Shown here: piece by piece, positions 18,170 to 27,305 of the stretch
How the letters are laid out: every line of letters begins with the position of its first letter
How positions within the stretch are numbered: the stretch's first letter is position 1
Origin: Candidatus Latescibacterota bacterium
GTDB taxonomy: Bacteria; Latescibacterota; UBA2968
Assembly (NCBI GenBank): GCA_965204745.1
Contig: OZ242010.1
Span: 4,224,001-4,288,000 of the forward strand
Direction: 5' to 3'
Length of the DNA stretch: 64,000 bases
Program-made: the position numbers and the translations under genes
Notes under the pieces: model-generated
The model's database searches: none
The model's input: the letters and a program-made list of their open reading frames with translations, nothing else
Told to the model about the DNA's origin: nothing

Positions 18170-18378
18170 CTTGTATCTTCGGGCGAGCACAGGGGCATCG
18201 CCCCTACACACACCGCTCGCCTTTGAACGGACTATCGCCATACCCCTTTTGTGCCTTTGAACTGGCTATCGCCTTTTGTGCCTTTGAACTGGCTATCGCC
18301 TTTTGTGCCTTTGAACTGGCTATCGCCAGTTATACCCCTTTTGTGCCTTTTGTGCCTTTTGTGGCTAAAATCTCATCT
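18170..18378 (+). repeat. REP-containing small repeat element, copy B, with a 3x 27-bp internal tandem repeat
   Basis: starts CT-TGTATCTT, REP hairpin, (TTTTGTGCCTTTGAACTGGCTATCGCC)x3, ends GTGGCTAAAATCTCATCT. Confidence 0.85.
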
Positions 18379-19560
18379 CACGTCCTCAACCCGGCAGATC
18401 GCCTCGCCTTTTGCGAACTTGATGGACAGGCGTTCTTCGGGCGTCAAGACATGTGCATCGGACACTATCGAACCGTCTTCGCGCTGGATGATGCCAAAGC
18501 CGCGCGCGAGCACGGATAGGGGGCTGAGCGAGCCGAGTTTGCCCGTGAGCCGGCGGTAATCCGCCCATCGCGTTTCCAACAACCGGCGCAAAAGCGCGTA
18601 CAAATCGCCGTGCAATTCGTCGACGTGTTGCGCGTGTTGGTCGATCAAATCGGCCATGCGCCGCATGCCGTAGCTATCTTCGTAGGATTCCAGCAGATCC
18701 GCGTTCTCGTCTAACAACCGCTTTAGGGCATCGCGGGCGCGCAGGGTGAGCCGCCCGACTCGTTCGCGCACCTCCGCCACATCGCGCACCGCAATTTCCG
18801 CGGCAACAGAAGGCGTTGGCGCGCGCACATCTGCGGCGAGGTCCGCAAGCGAGATGTCGATCTCGTGCCCGACGGCTGAAATGGTGGGAATATCGGACTG
18901 GGCAATGGCCCGCACCACGCGCTCGTCATTAAACGCAGCCAAATCCTCTGCGGACCCGCCACCGCGGCCGATGATGAGCACATCGACCTCGCCAAACGCA
19001 TTCAGGTCCGCAATGCCCTGTGCAATTTCCTCTGGCGCGCCCTCCCCTTGCACGCGCGCGTGCCGCAACACGACGCGAACCCCGGCAAACCGTCGGTTCA
19101 ACACATCCAAAATATCCCGAAAAGCCGCGCCGGTTCGAGACGTGACCACCCCAATGCCGCGGGGGTATTCGGGCAGGGGGCGTTTGCGGTCTTGGTCAAA
19201 CAGGCCCTCGTCTGCCAATTTCTGCTTCAATGCTTCAAAGGCGAGTTGCTGTTGCCCCTCGCCTGCGGGCAACAAGTGGAACACATTGAACTGGTACTCG
19301 CCCCGGCGTTCGTACACCGTCAATTGGCCCTGTGCCAACGCGGCCATGCCCAATTCCGGATGAAATCCACCGATGGGACGCGACCGCCACATCACGCAGC
19401 GCAACTGGCTGTCGCTGTCCGAAAGCGTGAAATAGCGATGCCCAGATGAAGGTTGCGAAAACGAGGTCAACTCCCCGAAGACCCACATGGGTGGGAATTG
19501 CGTCTCGAGGGTTTGCTTGACGGCTTGCGTGACTTCGGATACCGAAAGCGCGTGTTCCAC
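18373..19560 (-). CDS. xseA: exodeoxyribonuclease VII large subunit
   Basis: SGHRYFTL, VVTSRTGAA, GRGGGS, SAVGHEID, RAPTPS. Confidence 0.97.
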   Translation of the reverse strand: MEHALSVSEVTQAVKQTLETQFPPMWVFGELTSFSQPSSGHRYFTLSDSDSQLRCVMWRSRPIGGFHPELGMAALAQGQLTVYERRGEYQFNVFHLLPAGEGQQQLAFEALKQKLADEGLFDQDRKRPLPEYPRGIGVVTSRTGAAFRDILDVLNRRFAGVRVVLRHARVQGEGAPEEIAQGIADLNAFGEVDVLIIGRGGGSAEDLAAFNDERVVRAIAQSDIPTISAVGHEIDISLADLAADVRAPTPSVAAEIAVRDVAEVRERVGRLTLRARDALKRLLDENADLLESYEDSYGMRRMADLIDQHAQHVDELHGDLYALLRRLLETRWADYRRLTGKLGSLSPLSVLARGFGIIQREDGSIVSDAHVLTPEERLSIKFAKGEAICRVEDVR

Positions 19561-19561
19561 C

Positions 19562-20350
19562 TTATCCCTCCATCTCGAGGCGCAACCGCTCGATGTGTTG
19601 CGCGCGGCCCGTGCGTTCGTCTATGTCGAGCAACGCCCCGCAGAATTTTATTTTTTTTTCGGCCGGCTCAAAGCGCGCGGGCATCTGCGTCATAAAGCGG
19701 ACAATCGCAGGGCCTTTTTTCGAGCCGATCACGGAATCGTGCGGCCCGGTCATGCCCACGTCTGTGATGTACGCGGTTCCGCGGGGCAAAATCTCTTCAT
19801 CCGCGGTTTGAACGTGGGTATGCGTGCCCAAGACCGCGCTGACTTTGCCATCGATGAAGTGCCCAAACGCGATTTTTTCCGAGGTCGCCTCTGCGTGGAA
19901 ATCCACGAGCACGACATGGGTTTGGGCGCGCAGTCGCGCCGCGACGGATTCCCCGGTTTTGAAGGGACATTCCAAGTTCACTTTCATGTAGGTGCGCCCC
20001 ATCAAGCTGGCTACGCCGACATAACCCCGATTGCGCGTGCGATAAACCGCGGCGCCCACGCCCTTGACCGCTTTGGGATAATTGGCTGCGCGCAAAATTC
20101 GGTCGCCGCGTTGAATGTATTTGACCGAATCCTTTTTGTCCCAAACGTGGTCGCCCATCGTGATCACGTCCGCGCCATAAGCATGAAATTCCCGCGCGAT
20201 TTTCTCCGTAATCCCAAACCCAGCCGCGGCGTTTTCGCCATTGACAATGCAGAAATCCACGCCGTGTTGCTCGATCAGTCGCGGAATCCAATACGCGGTA
20301 GCTCGTCGCCCGGGCCTGCCATAAACGTCGCCGACAAATAAAATTTTCAC
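19562..20350 (-). CDS. ymdB: TIGR00282-family metallophosphoesterase (YmdB-like)
   Basis: FVGDVYG, NGENAAAG, DFHAEATSEK, GTHTHVQTAD, TDVGMTGP; follows rny. Confidence 0.93.
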   Translation of the reverse strand: MKILFVGDVYGRPGRRATAYWIPRLIEQHGVDFCIVNGENAAAGFGITEKIAREFHAYGADVITMGDHVWDKKDSVKYIQRGDRILRAANYPKAVKGVGAAVYRTRNRGYVGVASLMGRTYMKVNLECPFKTGESVAARLRAQTHVVLVDFHAEATSEKIAFGHFIDGKVSAVLGTHTHVQTADEEILPRGTAYITDVGMTGPHDSVIGSKKGPAIVRFMTQMPARFEPAEKKIKFCGALLDIDERTGRAQHIERLRLEMEG

Positions 20351-20419
20351 ATGTACTCCCGTTGGTTGAGATGGTGAATATACACAAAATATTTGTCGCT
20401 TGCAAAGGGCGGCGAAACG

Positions 20420-20567
20420 AGTTGTCAGTTGTCAGTTGTCAGTTGTCAGTTGACTAATTCTAACGAACATAGCGGTGGGGAGCGAGCGGGGGCTGACTAC
20501 TGACTACTTGGGCGGTAGGGTCAGGTGGGGACTGACCACTGACTGCTGTCAGTGGTCAGTAGTCAAC
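20420..20567. repeat. composite heptamer/G-rich intergenic repeat, copy 1
   Basis: (AGTTGTC)n, GACTAATTCTAACGAACATAGCGG, G-tracts, CTGACYA units; near-identical to 33229-33369. Confidence 0.9.
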
Positions 20568-20570
20568 CGC

Positions 20571-22133
20571 TCATCTCGCAAAATTGATCTCGCGGATTTC
20601 GCGGATGACGGTCACTCGGACTTGGCCCGGATACGTCATGATTTCCGTGAGGCGATCCGTGATTTTGGCGGCCAAGCGTTGGATGTCTTCGTCGCTGATC
20701 TGACCGCTGTTGGCGATCACGCGGATCTCTTGGCCCGCTTGCACCACATAGACCTCGCTGACCCCCTCAATCGTTCGGGCGGTTTGCTCGAGGGTTTCCA
20801 ATCGGCGCACGTAACTTTCCAGCACCTCGCGCCGCGCGCCCGGGCGCGACTTGGAGATGGCGTCTGAGGCTTCGACCAGCACGGCAATGGGCGACGCGGG
20901 TTCTGCGTCGTCGTGGATGACTTCAATCGCGTTGATCACGGTGTCGCCTTCGCCGTATTTTTTTGCCAATGCCGTGCCGTTTTGCCCGTGCGTGCCTTCA
21001 AACTCGTGGTCGAGACTCTTGCCGATGTCGTGCAACAGCCCTGCGCGTTTGGCGAGTTGCGCGTCCAGCCCCAGATGCGTTGCCATCATCCCGGCCAAGA
21101 ATGCCACCTCCTTGCTGTGGTTCAACACGTTTTGCCCGTAGCTCGCCTGAAATTGCAAGCGGCCAAGGCATTCGATCAGGCGGTCGTGTACGCCGGGGAG
21201 GCCCATGTTAAAAACGGCCTCTTCGCCCGTTTGGCGGATCAATTCGCGCATGTTCTCTTCGCACTTTTCGACCACCTCTTCGATGCGGCCCGGGTGAATG
21301 CGCCCATCGACGAGGAGTTGGTCCAAAGCGGTCTTGGCAATGGCGCGGCGAATGGGGTCAAACCCGGACAACGTCACGGACTTGGGCGTGTCATCGACGA
21401 TGATATCCACGCCGGTACACATCTCGAACGAGCGGATATTGCGGCCCTCGCGCCCGATGATGCGGCCCTTCATGTCGTCGGAGGACAACGCGACTCGGGT
21501 CACTGTGGAAGAGACCGTGTAATTGACCGCGAGGCGTTGAATTGCGGTGGCGATGATTTCTCGGGCCTCGGCGTGGGCCTTGGCCTGCGCCTCTTCCCGA
21601 ATTTCCTTGACGCGCCATGCCGCTTCGCGCTGGGCTTCGATCTCCATATTTTCCATCAACTCGCGTTTGGCCTGTTGCCGAGTGAGGGCCGCAATGCGTT
21701 CTAAGCGCGTGTTTTGCGCCTCCAACATCGCTTCCAATTCCAGTTCTTTGACCGAAATCTCGTCCTGTTGCTGTACGAGTTGCCGTTCCAATTCCTCTAC
21801 TTGTCCAAATTTTTGGTTGAGCAAATCCGCCCGCCGATTCAATTCGTGCGACTGGTGATTCAACGCCTCTTCTTTGTCCTCCATTTTCTTTTTTCGGTCT
21901 TCGAGTGCTTCTTCGGCTTGCACGCGCTCTTGATGGATCAGGTCTCTGGCTTCTAAGAGCGCGGTGCGTTTTTCGGTTTCCGCTTCTTTTTGCGCGTCTT
22001 CCAACATTTGCTCGACCGAGGCTTCGGCGCGATCAAACCTGCTTTGGGCCGTTCTGTTGCTGCTGATCCATCCCAAAACAAAGCCGAGCACCGAAAGCCC
22101 GATAGCCAATGCGATCACAACTACGGGTTCCAT
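20571..22133 (-). CDS. rny: ribonuclease Y
   Basis: N-terminal TM, coiled coil, KH (KGRIIGREGRNIR), HD (LLHDIGK); AGGAG before ATG 22133. Confidence 0.96.
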   Translation of the reverse strand: MEPVVVIALAIGLSVLGFVLGWISSNRTAQSRFDRAEASVEQMLEDAQKEAETEKRTALLEARDLIHQERVQAEEALEDRKKKMEDKEEALNHQSHELNRRADLLNQKFGQVEELERQLVQQQDEISVKELELEAMLEAQNTRLERIAALTRQQAKRELMENMEIEAQREAAWRVKEIREEAQAKAHAEAREIIATAIQRLAVNYTVSSTVTRVALSSDDMKGRIIGREGRNIRSFEMCTGVDIIVDDTPKSVTLSGFDPIRRAIAKTALDQLLVDGRIHPGRIEEVVEKCEENMRELIRQTGEEAVFNMGLPGVHDRLIECLGRLQFQASYGQNVLNHSKEVAFLAGMMATHLGLDAQLAKRAGLLHDIGKSLDHEFEGTHGQNGTALAKKYGEGDTVINAIEVIHDDAEPASPIAVLVEASDAISKSRPGARREVLESYVRRLETLEQTARTIEGVSEVYVVQAGQEIRVIANSGQISDEDIQRLAAKITDRLTEIMTYPGQVRVTVIREIREINFAR

Positions 22134-22172
22134 GGCGTTCTCCTTTCGCAAAAATAAAATGACAAAAGAAAT

Positions 22173-22217
22173 CCCCACCGCGCTTGTATTCAATTTTGAA
22201 GGACAAACGCGGCGGGG
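22173..22217. other. stable intergenic hairpin between zapA and rny
   Basis: CCCCACCGCGCTTGT ... ACAAACGCGGCGGGG. Confidence 0.6.
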
Positions 22218-22241
22218 TTCATTGCGCGGTGCGGTTGAGCC

Positions 22242-22535
22242 TCACATCCGCATGGTGCGATTGACCGAGGCGGCGAGTTGGTCGGCTTTTTCTCGGGAAA
22301 TCCGATCTATCCGGCGGCCTTCTTCTTCGATCTTAAAAAGCTCATCCGCCAGATTCACGGCGGTCAAGACGGCGATCTTCGAGTGCGTGCGAAGGGAAAA
22401 CGACTGGGCCACTTCGCGCATTTTTTCGTCGATATAACGCGCCACCTCGCGGATGTGCTCGGGATCGGCAGTGCTGACGATGCGATACTTTGATCCAAAT
22501 ATTTCAACGCGCACGTCGGACAAATCGGACATCAC
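22242..22535 (-). CDS. zapA: cell division protein ZapA
   Basis: VEIFGSKY...VARYIDEKM...IAVLTAVNLADELF. Confidence 0.93.
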   Translation of the reverse strand: MMSDLSDVRVEIFGSKYRIVSTADPEHIREVARYIDEKMREVAQSFSLRTHSKIAVLTAVNLADELFKIEEEGRRIDRISREKADQLAASVNRTMRM

Positions 22536-23287
22536 TCATTTCTCTCGGCATTGAGCGCGCTGAGGCTTTCCAACGCGGCTTCGACCTTGTTCAGGATTTC
22601 CGGCTTGTTGTCGATCAGAGGCGCGTTGTCGTTGTAAATCTCTTGCAACCGGTCGCGGTCGCTCCGCAAGTCCACCAGTTCTTCCTCGAGGAGCGAGACA
22701 TCTCCGCGCAAGGTCTGATTTTCCTGCTGCAACTCGACATTTTCGCGCTTCAAATTTTCGATAGTGACAACGGCGCGATCAATTTCCGCGACGAGACGCG
22801 CAACGCCCTCGCTCACGGCTTCGGCGTCACTGCCATCTTCGATCTCGTCCTCGCCGATCTCTTCGTCCTCCGCGTCTTCAGACTCTTCAGACTCATCCTC
22901 CGTTGCATCGTCCTCGCTGACCTCGTCGCCGGCACCCTCATCTTCGTCGTCCACGTCCTCGTCATCTGCATCTTCGACGTCCTCTGCCGTTTCGTCCTCC
23001 GCATCTTCGTCGCTAGACTCGTCGTCCTCGTCTTCGGCGTCGTCCGATTCTGCGGGATCATCGGCGTCTTCGTCTGCGGCGTCTGCATCTTCAACGTCGT
23101 CTGACTCATCGGCGTCGTCTGCGTCTTCGCCGACTTCGTCGGTTGCATCTTCAACGTCGTCTGTCCCTGCGTTACCATCTGCATCTTCGGCAACATCTGC
23201 ATCTGCGCTGACGTCTTCGGCGTCATCCACTTCTTCGACGGCCTGTACATTTTCGGCGTCGTTTGTCGCATGGGTGTTGGGGTCCAT
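22532..23287 (-). CDS. ZapB-like coiled-coil protein with a long Asp/Glu-rich N-terminal extension
   Basis: C-terminal coiled coil (IDRAVVTIENLKRENVELQQEN) directly upstream of zapA; AAGGAG before ATG 23287. Confidence 0.7.
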   Translation of the reverse strand: MDPNTHATNDAENVQAVEEVDDAEDVSADADVAEDADGNAGTDDVEDATDEVGEDADDADESDDVEDADAADEDADDPAESDDAEDEDDESSDEDAEDETAEDVEDADDEDVDDEDEGAGDEVSEDDATEDESEESEDAEDEEIGEDEIEDGSDAEAVSEGVARLVAEIDRAVVTIENLKRENVELQQENQTLRGDVSLLEEELVDLRSDRDRLQEIYNDNAPLIDNKPEILNKVEAALESLSALNAERNE

Positions 23288-23330
23288 ATCCGCTCCTTGG
23301 AAACGATCAAAAACCATTGAATACAAAGCC

Positions 23331-23359
23331 AATTTAATACCATCTTAGCCGAAAGTCAA
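23331..23359 (-). promoter_or_regulatory. sigma70-type promoter for the zapB-zapA-rny run
   Basis: TTGACT-N17-TAAATT. Confidence 0.6.
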
Positions 23360-23376
23360 GCCCGCGATCCACATGC

Positions 23377-23419
23377 AAAAAGCGAAACCCGAACAGCACC
23401 CGGATTTCGCTTTGTTTTT
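23377..23419 (-). terminator. intrinsic terminator after rplT
   Basis: AAAGCGAAA..CCG / CGG..TTTCGCTTT stem with A/T tracts on both sides. Confidence 0.65.
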
Positions 23420-23431
23420 GACATGAGATGC

Positions 23432-23785
23432 TCAAGCGTTTTGCTTAACCCGCTCGGCCAGGGCCGCAAAGGCATTGGCGTCTGTGACGGCCAGATGGGC
23501 CAAAACCTTGCGGTTGAGACCGATCCCCTCGCGCTTCAAGCCCGCCATGAACCGGCTGTACGTCAAGCCGTGTTGCCGGGCCGCGGCATTGATGCGCGCG
23601 ATCCACAAAGCCCTGAAGGTTCTCTTTTTTTGCCTGCGGTCTCGATAGGCGTATTGCAAGGCTCTATCCACGGCATTGCCGGCTGTGCGGAGCAGTTTGC
23701 TGCGTCCTCCGCGATAGCCCTTGGCCCGTTTCAGAATTTTTTTGCGCCTGCGTCTCGAGGCAGGGCTGTTGGTGACTCTCGGCAT
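23432..23785 (-). CDS. rplT: 50S ribosomal protein L20
   Basis: MPRV...AKGYRG...[24 protein letters not shown]. Confidence 0.98.
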   Translation of the reverse strand: MPRVTNSPASRRRRKKILKRAKGYRGGRSKLLRTAGNAVDRALQYAYRDRRQKKRTFRALWIARINAAARQHGLTYSRFMAGLKREGIGLNRKVLAHLAVTDANAFAALAERVKQNA

Positions 23786-23818
23786 GTTGATCTCCAGTGA
23801 ACGAATTGATCGACCTCG

Positions 23819-24013
23819 CTAAGACGCCAGCATGCGGCTGACGCGGTCTTTGTCAGCCGCGTGGATAAAGGCCGTCTGACGGAGGCCCCGTTTGCGCTTG
23901 CTCGTCTTTTTGGTCAGGTTGTGCGCTGCGGTGGCTTTGCGATAGCTGATTTTGCCAGAACCGCGTTTTTTGAACCGCTTTTTGGCCCCGCTGTGGGTTT
24001 TCATTTTCGGCAC
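23819..24013 (-). CDS. rpmI: 50S ribosomal protein L35
   Basis: MPKMKTHSGAKKRFK. Confidence 0.97.
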   Translation of the reverse strand: MPKMKTHSGAKKRFKKRGSGKISYRKATAAHNLTKKTSKRKRGLRQTAFIHAADKDRVSRMLAS

Positions 24014-24041
24014 GACAAACTCCTTGTGGGAACTCGGGTGA

Positions 24042-24587
24042 TTACGACTGCGATTTGGGCGCGAAGATCATCACCAACTTTCGCCCCTCGTCGCGGGGAT
24101 GCGTTTCGATCTGCCCGATATTTTGCAAATCGTTTTCGATCCGTTGCAATAAGTTGCGGCCCAGATCGCGGTGTGCATTTTCGCGGCCAAAAAACTCGAT
24201 GGCGATCCGCACTTTGTGGCGCTGGGTCAAAAATCGCTCGGCATGCCTGAGCTTGAATTGATAATCGTGATCGCTGATTCGAACGCGCATCCGAATTTCT
24301 TTTAGCTGCGAGGCAGTGTGGCGATTCTTTCTCGCTTTTTTTCCCCGCTCGTACCGGTATTTGCCGTAGTCCATGATGCGGCACACCGGAGGGCGCGCAC
24401 GGGGCGCGACTTCGACCAGGTCGAGCCCGGCCTGTTGGGCCATGGTCAGTGCTTTGCTCGTTTCGACAATGCCCACTTGAGCACCGGATTCGCCGATCAA
24501 GCGAATTTGCGGAATGCGAATCTGCCGATTCACGCGCGGGCCGAGTTCCCGCCTGGTATCCCGACGACCTCTCGAACTTCTGTTGAT
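24042..24587 (-). CDS. infC: translation initiation factor IF-3 (non-canonical ATC start)
   Basis: LDLVEVAP...PPVCRIMDYGKYRYE; in-frame ATC at 24587 just downstream of GGAGGTGA. Confidence 0.95.
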   Translation of the reverse strand: MNRSSRGRRDTRRELGPRVNRQIRIPQIRLIGESGAQVGIVETSKALTMAQQAGLDLVEVAPRARPPVCRIMDYGKYRYERGKKARKNRHTASQLKEIRMRVRISDHDYQFKLRHAERFLTQRHKVRIAIEFFGRENAHRDLGRNLLQRIENDLQNIGQIETHPRDEGRKLVMIFAPKSQS

Positions 24588-24763
24588 ACGATCACCTCCA
24601 GCAAAGATGGGGTATGTCCCCGTGAGGGTTGGCGGCTTTGGCTAAAAAAATCGCGCCAGGAATTGCCGGCGCGAAAAGTGAACTCCTGGGACTGTTCGGT
24701 TAGCCGTTTTCGCCGCAAGCACCCCTCGGCAATGAGATTGTTAAGACTTTCTAAAGCGCGGTA

Positions 24764-24792
24764 AATTTATCATAACGACAACCGAGTGTCAA
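24764..24792 (-). promoter_or_regulatory. sigma70 promoter of infC-rpmI-rplT
   Basis: TTGACA-N17-TAAATT with TGn extension. Confidence 0.75.
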
Positions 24793-24884
24793 GCGAAAAT
24801 TCTCCTATTGCGCGGGCATCAGCAGGCGAAAAACGCGATAAGACTTCGCCCTAGAGACAGGGAGCCCCCTCATTGTCTCTTTTG

Positions 24885-24960
24885 GACGAGCACCCACACA
24901 CTGCTCGCCTTTGAACGGGCTATCGCCAGTTGTACCCCGCTCGTGGCTCAACTCCCATCT
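24885..24960 (+). repeat. small repeat element, copy C (degenerate)
   Basis: GCTCGCCTTTGAACGGGCTATCGCCAGTTGTACCCCGCTCGTGGCT. Confidence 0.75.
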
Positions 24961-25628
24961 CACCGATACCATTTGCCCAATATTTCATCCGATACCGAGC
25001 ACGTATAGAGCACTCGCAACGCCCACATCTTGACCACTGTGCGGACAAAGCCCTGTTCGCGCCAGCGGCGGGTGGATGTGCAGACTTGGGCATCGAGCAG
25101 CGCGAATTTGCCCAGGCGCGCCACTTGTTTGCAAAACTCGGAATCCTCAAACAACTGCAAGTTGGGAAAGCCGCCCACGGCCTCAAAGGTTTCGCGCCGA
25201 ACATAGATGCCTTGGTCCCCGTAGGTGATCCCCAAATAGCGCGACCGCATGGTGCTCAGGAATGCGACCAACCGAAAGCCGATGGTGTTTTCCGACAAGC
25301 CGAGTCGAAATCGCCCGCCCACCACATCCGGCGCGTGCAGGGATTGGCGGATTAAGGCCAACCCATTGGGGGGCAACAAAGTGTCGGCGTGCAAGAATAA
25401 GAATACGTCGCCCGTGGCCTGTGCGGCGCCGGTGTTCATCTGACGCGCCCGCCCGGTTTCTGCTGTCCGAATCCAGTGCGCGCCGGGGTATGTTTCGACC
25501 ACGCGCCGCGTGCCATCCGTGCTGCCGCCATCGACCACGATCACTTCCACCTCGTCGCAAAATCGCGCCAAGCACACGCCGATGATGCGTTCTTCGTTCA
25601 GAACCGGGATGATGACGCTGATCTGCAC
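24960..25628 (-). CDS. GT2 glycosyltransferase (TIGR04283-like)
   Basis: ISVIIPVLNEE, VDGGSTD, GRARQMNTGA, FLHADT, YGDQG, TSTRRW. Confidence 0.9.
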   Translation of the reverse strand: MQISVIIPVLNEERIIGVCLARFCDEVEVIVVDGGSTDGTRRVVETYPGAHWIRTAETGRARQMNTGAAQATGDVFLFLHADTLLPPNGLALIRQSLHAPDVVGGRFRLGLSENTIGFRLVAFLSTMRSRYLGITYGDQGIYVRRETFEAVGGFPNLQLFEDSEFCKQVARLGKFALLDAQVCTSTRRWREQGFVRTVVKMWALRVLYTCSVSDEILGKWYR

Positions 25629-25641
25629 GCCGCGGCCTCCG

Positions 25642-26211
25642 TCAGTTTTTTAAGATGGCAAAAAAACGCCGCGCATAGCTGAACAGGGAAATGACGAGCA
25701 ACACTATGCTGATGCTGACCAACGCGGGTTTGAGCGCGTCGGCCTCCCAAAAATAGGCCAAGAGCAATGCACTCAACGCGAGCGACGTGGCTTTGCCCCA
25801 AAAATTGGATGCCAACAAAATGCCGCGTCGCCTGACCAAATACATTCCGCCAAAAAAAATCGCGGCATCGCGCACCAACACAGCCGCTAAGAGCCAGACG
25901 GACAAGTTTTTGAAGCATACCAGCGCGATGGCAATGGCGCCGATGCCCACCTTATCGGCTAGCGGATCGAGGATTTTTCCCCACCGAGACGTTTCCCCTC
26001 GCTTGCGCGCCACATAGCCATCCGCCCAGTCACTTAGGATCATCACCGCGACAACGGCAAATGCCTCCCACCTGTACGCCCGCCCCAGCGCGACAAACCA
26101 CACCGCCGGCACGGTCAGCACTGCACGCACCAAACTGATGGCGTTCGATAGGGTCCAAAATCGGTTGTAGTCATCCGTTGCCATAGAGAAAGGTAGGAAA
26201 CGAGAGGTCAT
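25642..26211 (-). CDS. CDP-alcohol phosphatidyltransferase (PgsA-like)
   Basis: SDWADGYVARKRGETSRWGKILDPLADK. Confidence 0.9.
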   Translation of the reverse strand: MTSRFLPFSMATDDYNRFWTLSNAISLVRAVLTVPAVWFVALGRAYRWEAFAVVAVMILSDWADGYVARKRGETSRWGKILDPLADKVGIGAIAIALVCFKNLSVWLLAAVLVRDAAIFFGGMYLVRRRGILLASNFWGKATSLALSALLLAYFWEADALKPALVSISIVLLVISLFSYARRFFAILKN

Positions 26212-26372
26212 ACCAAGCGTATAAATTAACTCTGCATTTTAGCTCATTTTTGCAAACTGCATAACCAAATTGTCGCGTACAAAATAGGCATTCCAAATCT
26301 GATTACATCTGACTGGTATAAGACTTTACACTTCCCATCGGTGTTCATCGGTGATTGCCTTCCGCTGTTTTC

Positions 26373-27191
26373 TCAAACCGTCAGGGTCACGGAATCCCTT
26401 TTCACAATCTCTTTTTCGTACGTATAGGACTGGGTTTCGAGCAGTTCGCACGTTTCGGGTGAAAGCATCGCCAGGACCGACTCGGGAAATTCGTGGAGTT
26501 GGCGATGGTACTGCGGGCGGTAGCGCAAAATCAGAAATCGCCGATCCCGATCTTTGGGTTGCCACGCCAATGCCCCGTGCGTCATCAACTCGGTCGTCAC
26601 CACGACATCGCCCGCCTTTGCCGTCACATTCGTCACGCCCAGGGGCACATCGCTTTCCAACCAACCATCGTTGAATACATCTTGAGGCCGCTTAAAATCG
26701 CCCTTGTGTGACCCCGGCACCAGCAATAACCCACCATCCCCGGGCAACACGTCCGTCAGGTAGATAAACACCACCAGATCATCGCAGTAAATTTTCCCAT
26801 CATCGCAACTATACCGGCAGCTATACGGCCCAAAACTCTCGCGTGAACAATGCAGGCGATGCGCCGGATCCTCGGCCGCGTTGATCCGCACATCGCCGCT
26901 GTTGAGGCGCGGGCGTCTCCCGGACACCTCCAGCACAATGGGCCAAAATGACCGGTGAAAGACCAAGGCTTCCAGTGCCTTGTCAACCGCAAAGGCGTAT
27001 TTGTAGTGCGACCGATTCTCGTCAAATAGCGACGTGGAACGCCCAAACGCCTCGGGCAATTCAGCGGGCGCGGCATTCACATATCGATCCACAGCCTCTT
27101 GCGCGGCTTTCAACTCTGCGCGGCTCAGGGCTTGTTCCAAGTGCAAATACCCCATCACGTCGAACAGATAACGTTGTGCATCTGTCATCAT
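26373..27191 (-). CDS. phytanoyl-CoA dioxygenase (PhyH) family protein
   Basis: QRYLFDVMGYL, YLTDVLPGDGGLLLVPGSHK, KAGDVVV, HGALAW. Confidence 0.85.
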   Translation of the reverse strand: MMTDAQRYLFDVMGYLHLEQALSRAELKAAQEAVDRYVNAAPAELPEAFGRSTSLFDENRSHYKYAFAVDKALEALVFHRSFWPIVLEVSGRRPRLNSGDVRINAAEDPAHRLHCSRESFGPYSCRYSCDDGKIYCDDLVVFIYLTDVLPGDGGLLLVPGSHKGDFKRPQDVFNDGWLESDVPLGVTNVTAKAGDVVVTTELMTHGALAWQPKDRDRRFLILRYRPQYHRQLHEFPESVLAMLSPETCELLETQSYTYEKEIVKRDSVTLTV

Positions 27192-27237
27192 ACTCTCTCC
27201 AAAATTGCCAAAATCGGCGAGCCGTCCTGTTTCCACG

Positions 27238-27291
27238 CGCCTTTGAACTGGCTGTCGCCAGTTGTACCCCGCTCGTGCCTTTTGTGGCTAA
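27238..27291 (+). repeat. small repeat element, copy D (3' half)
   Basis: GCCTTTGAACTGGCTGTCGCCAGTTGTACCCCGCTCGTGCCTTTTGTGGCTAA. Confidence 0.8.
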
Positions 27292-27305
27292 GGGCCGCAC
27301 GCGCT

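Noticed and set aside
18247-18327. Three 27-bp direct repeats resembling a mini CRISPR array
   Set aside because: Units are head-to-tail with no spacers and no cas genes; they are part of a dispersed repeat family.
22134-22241. Full-length 6S RNA
   Set aside because: The gap is too short; reported only as a possible relic.
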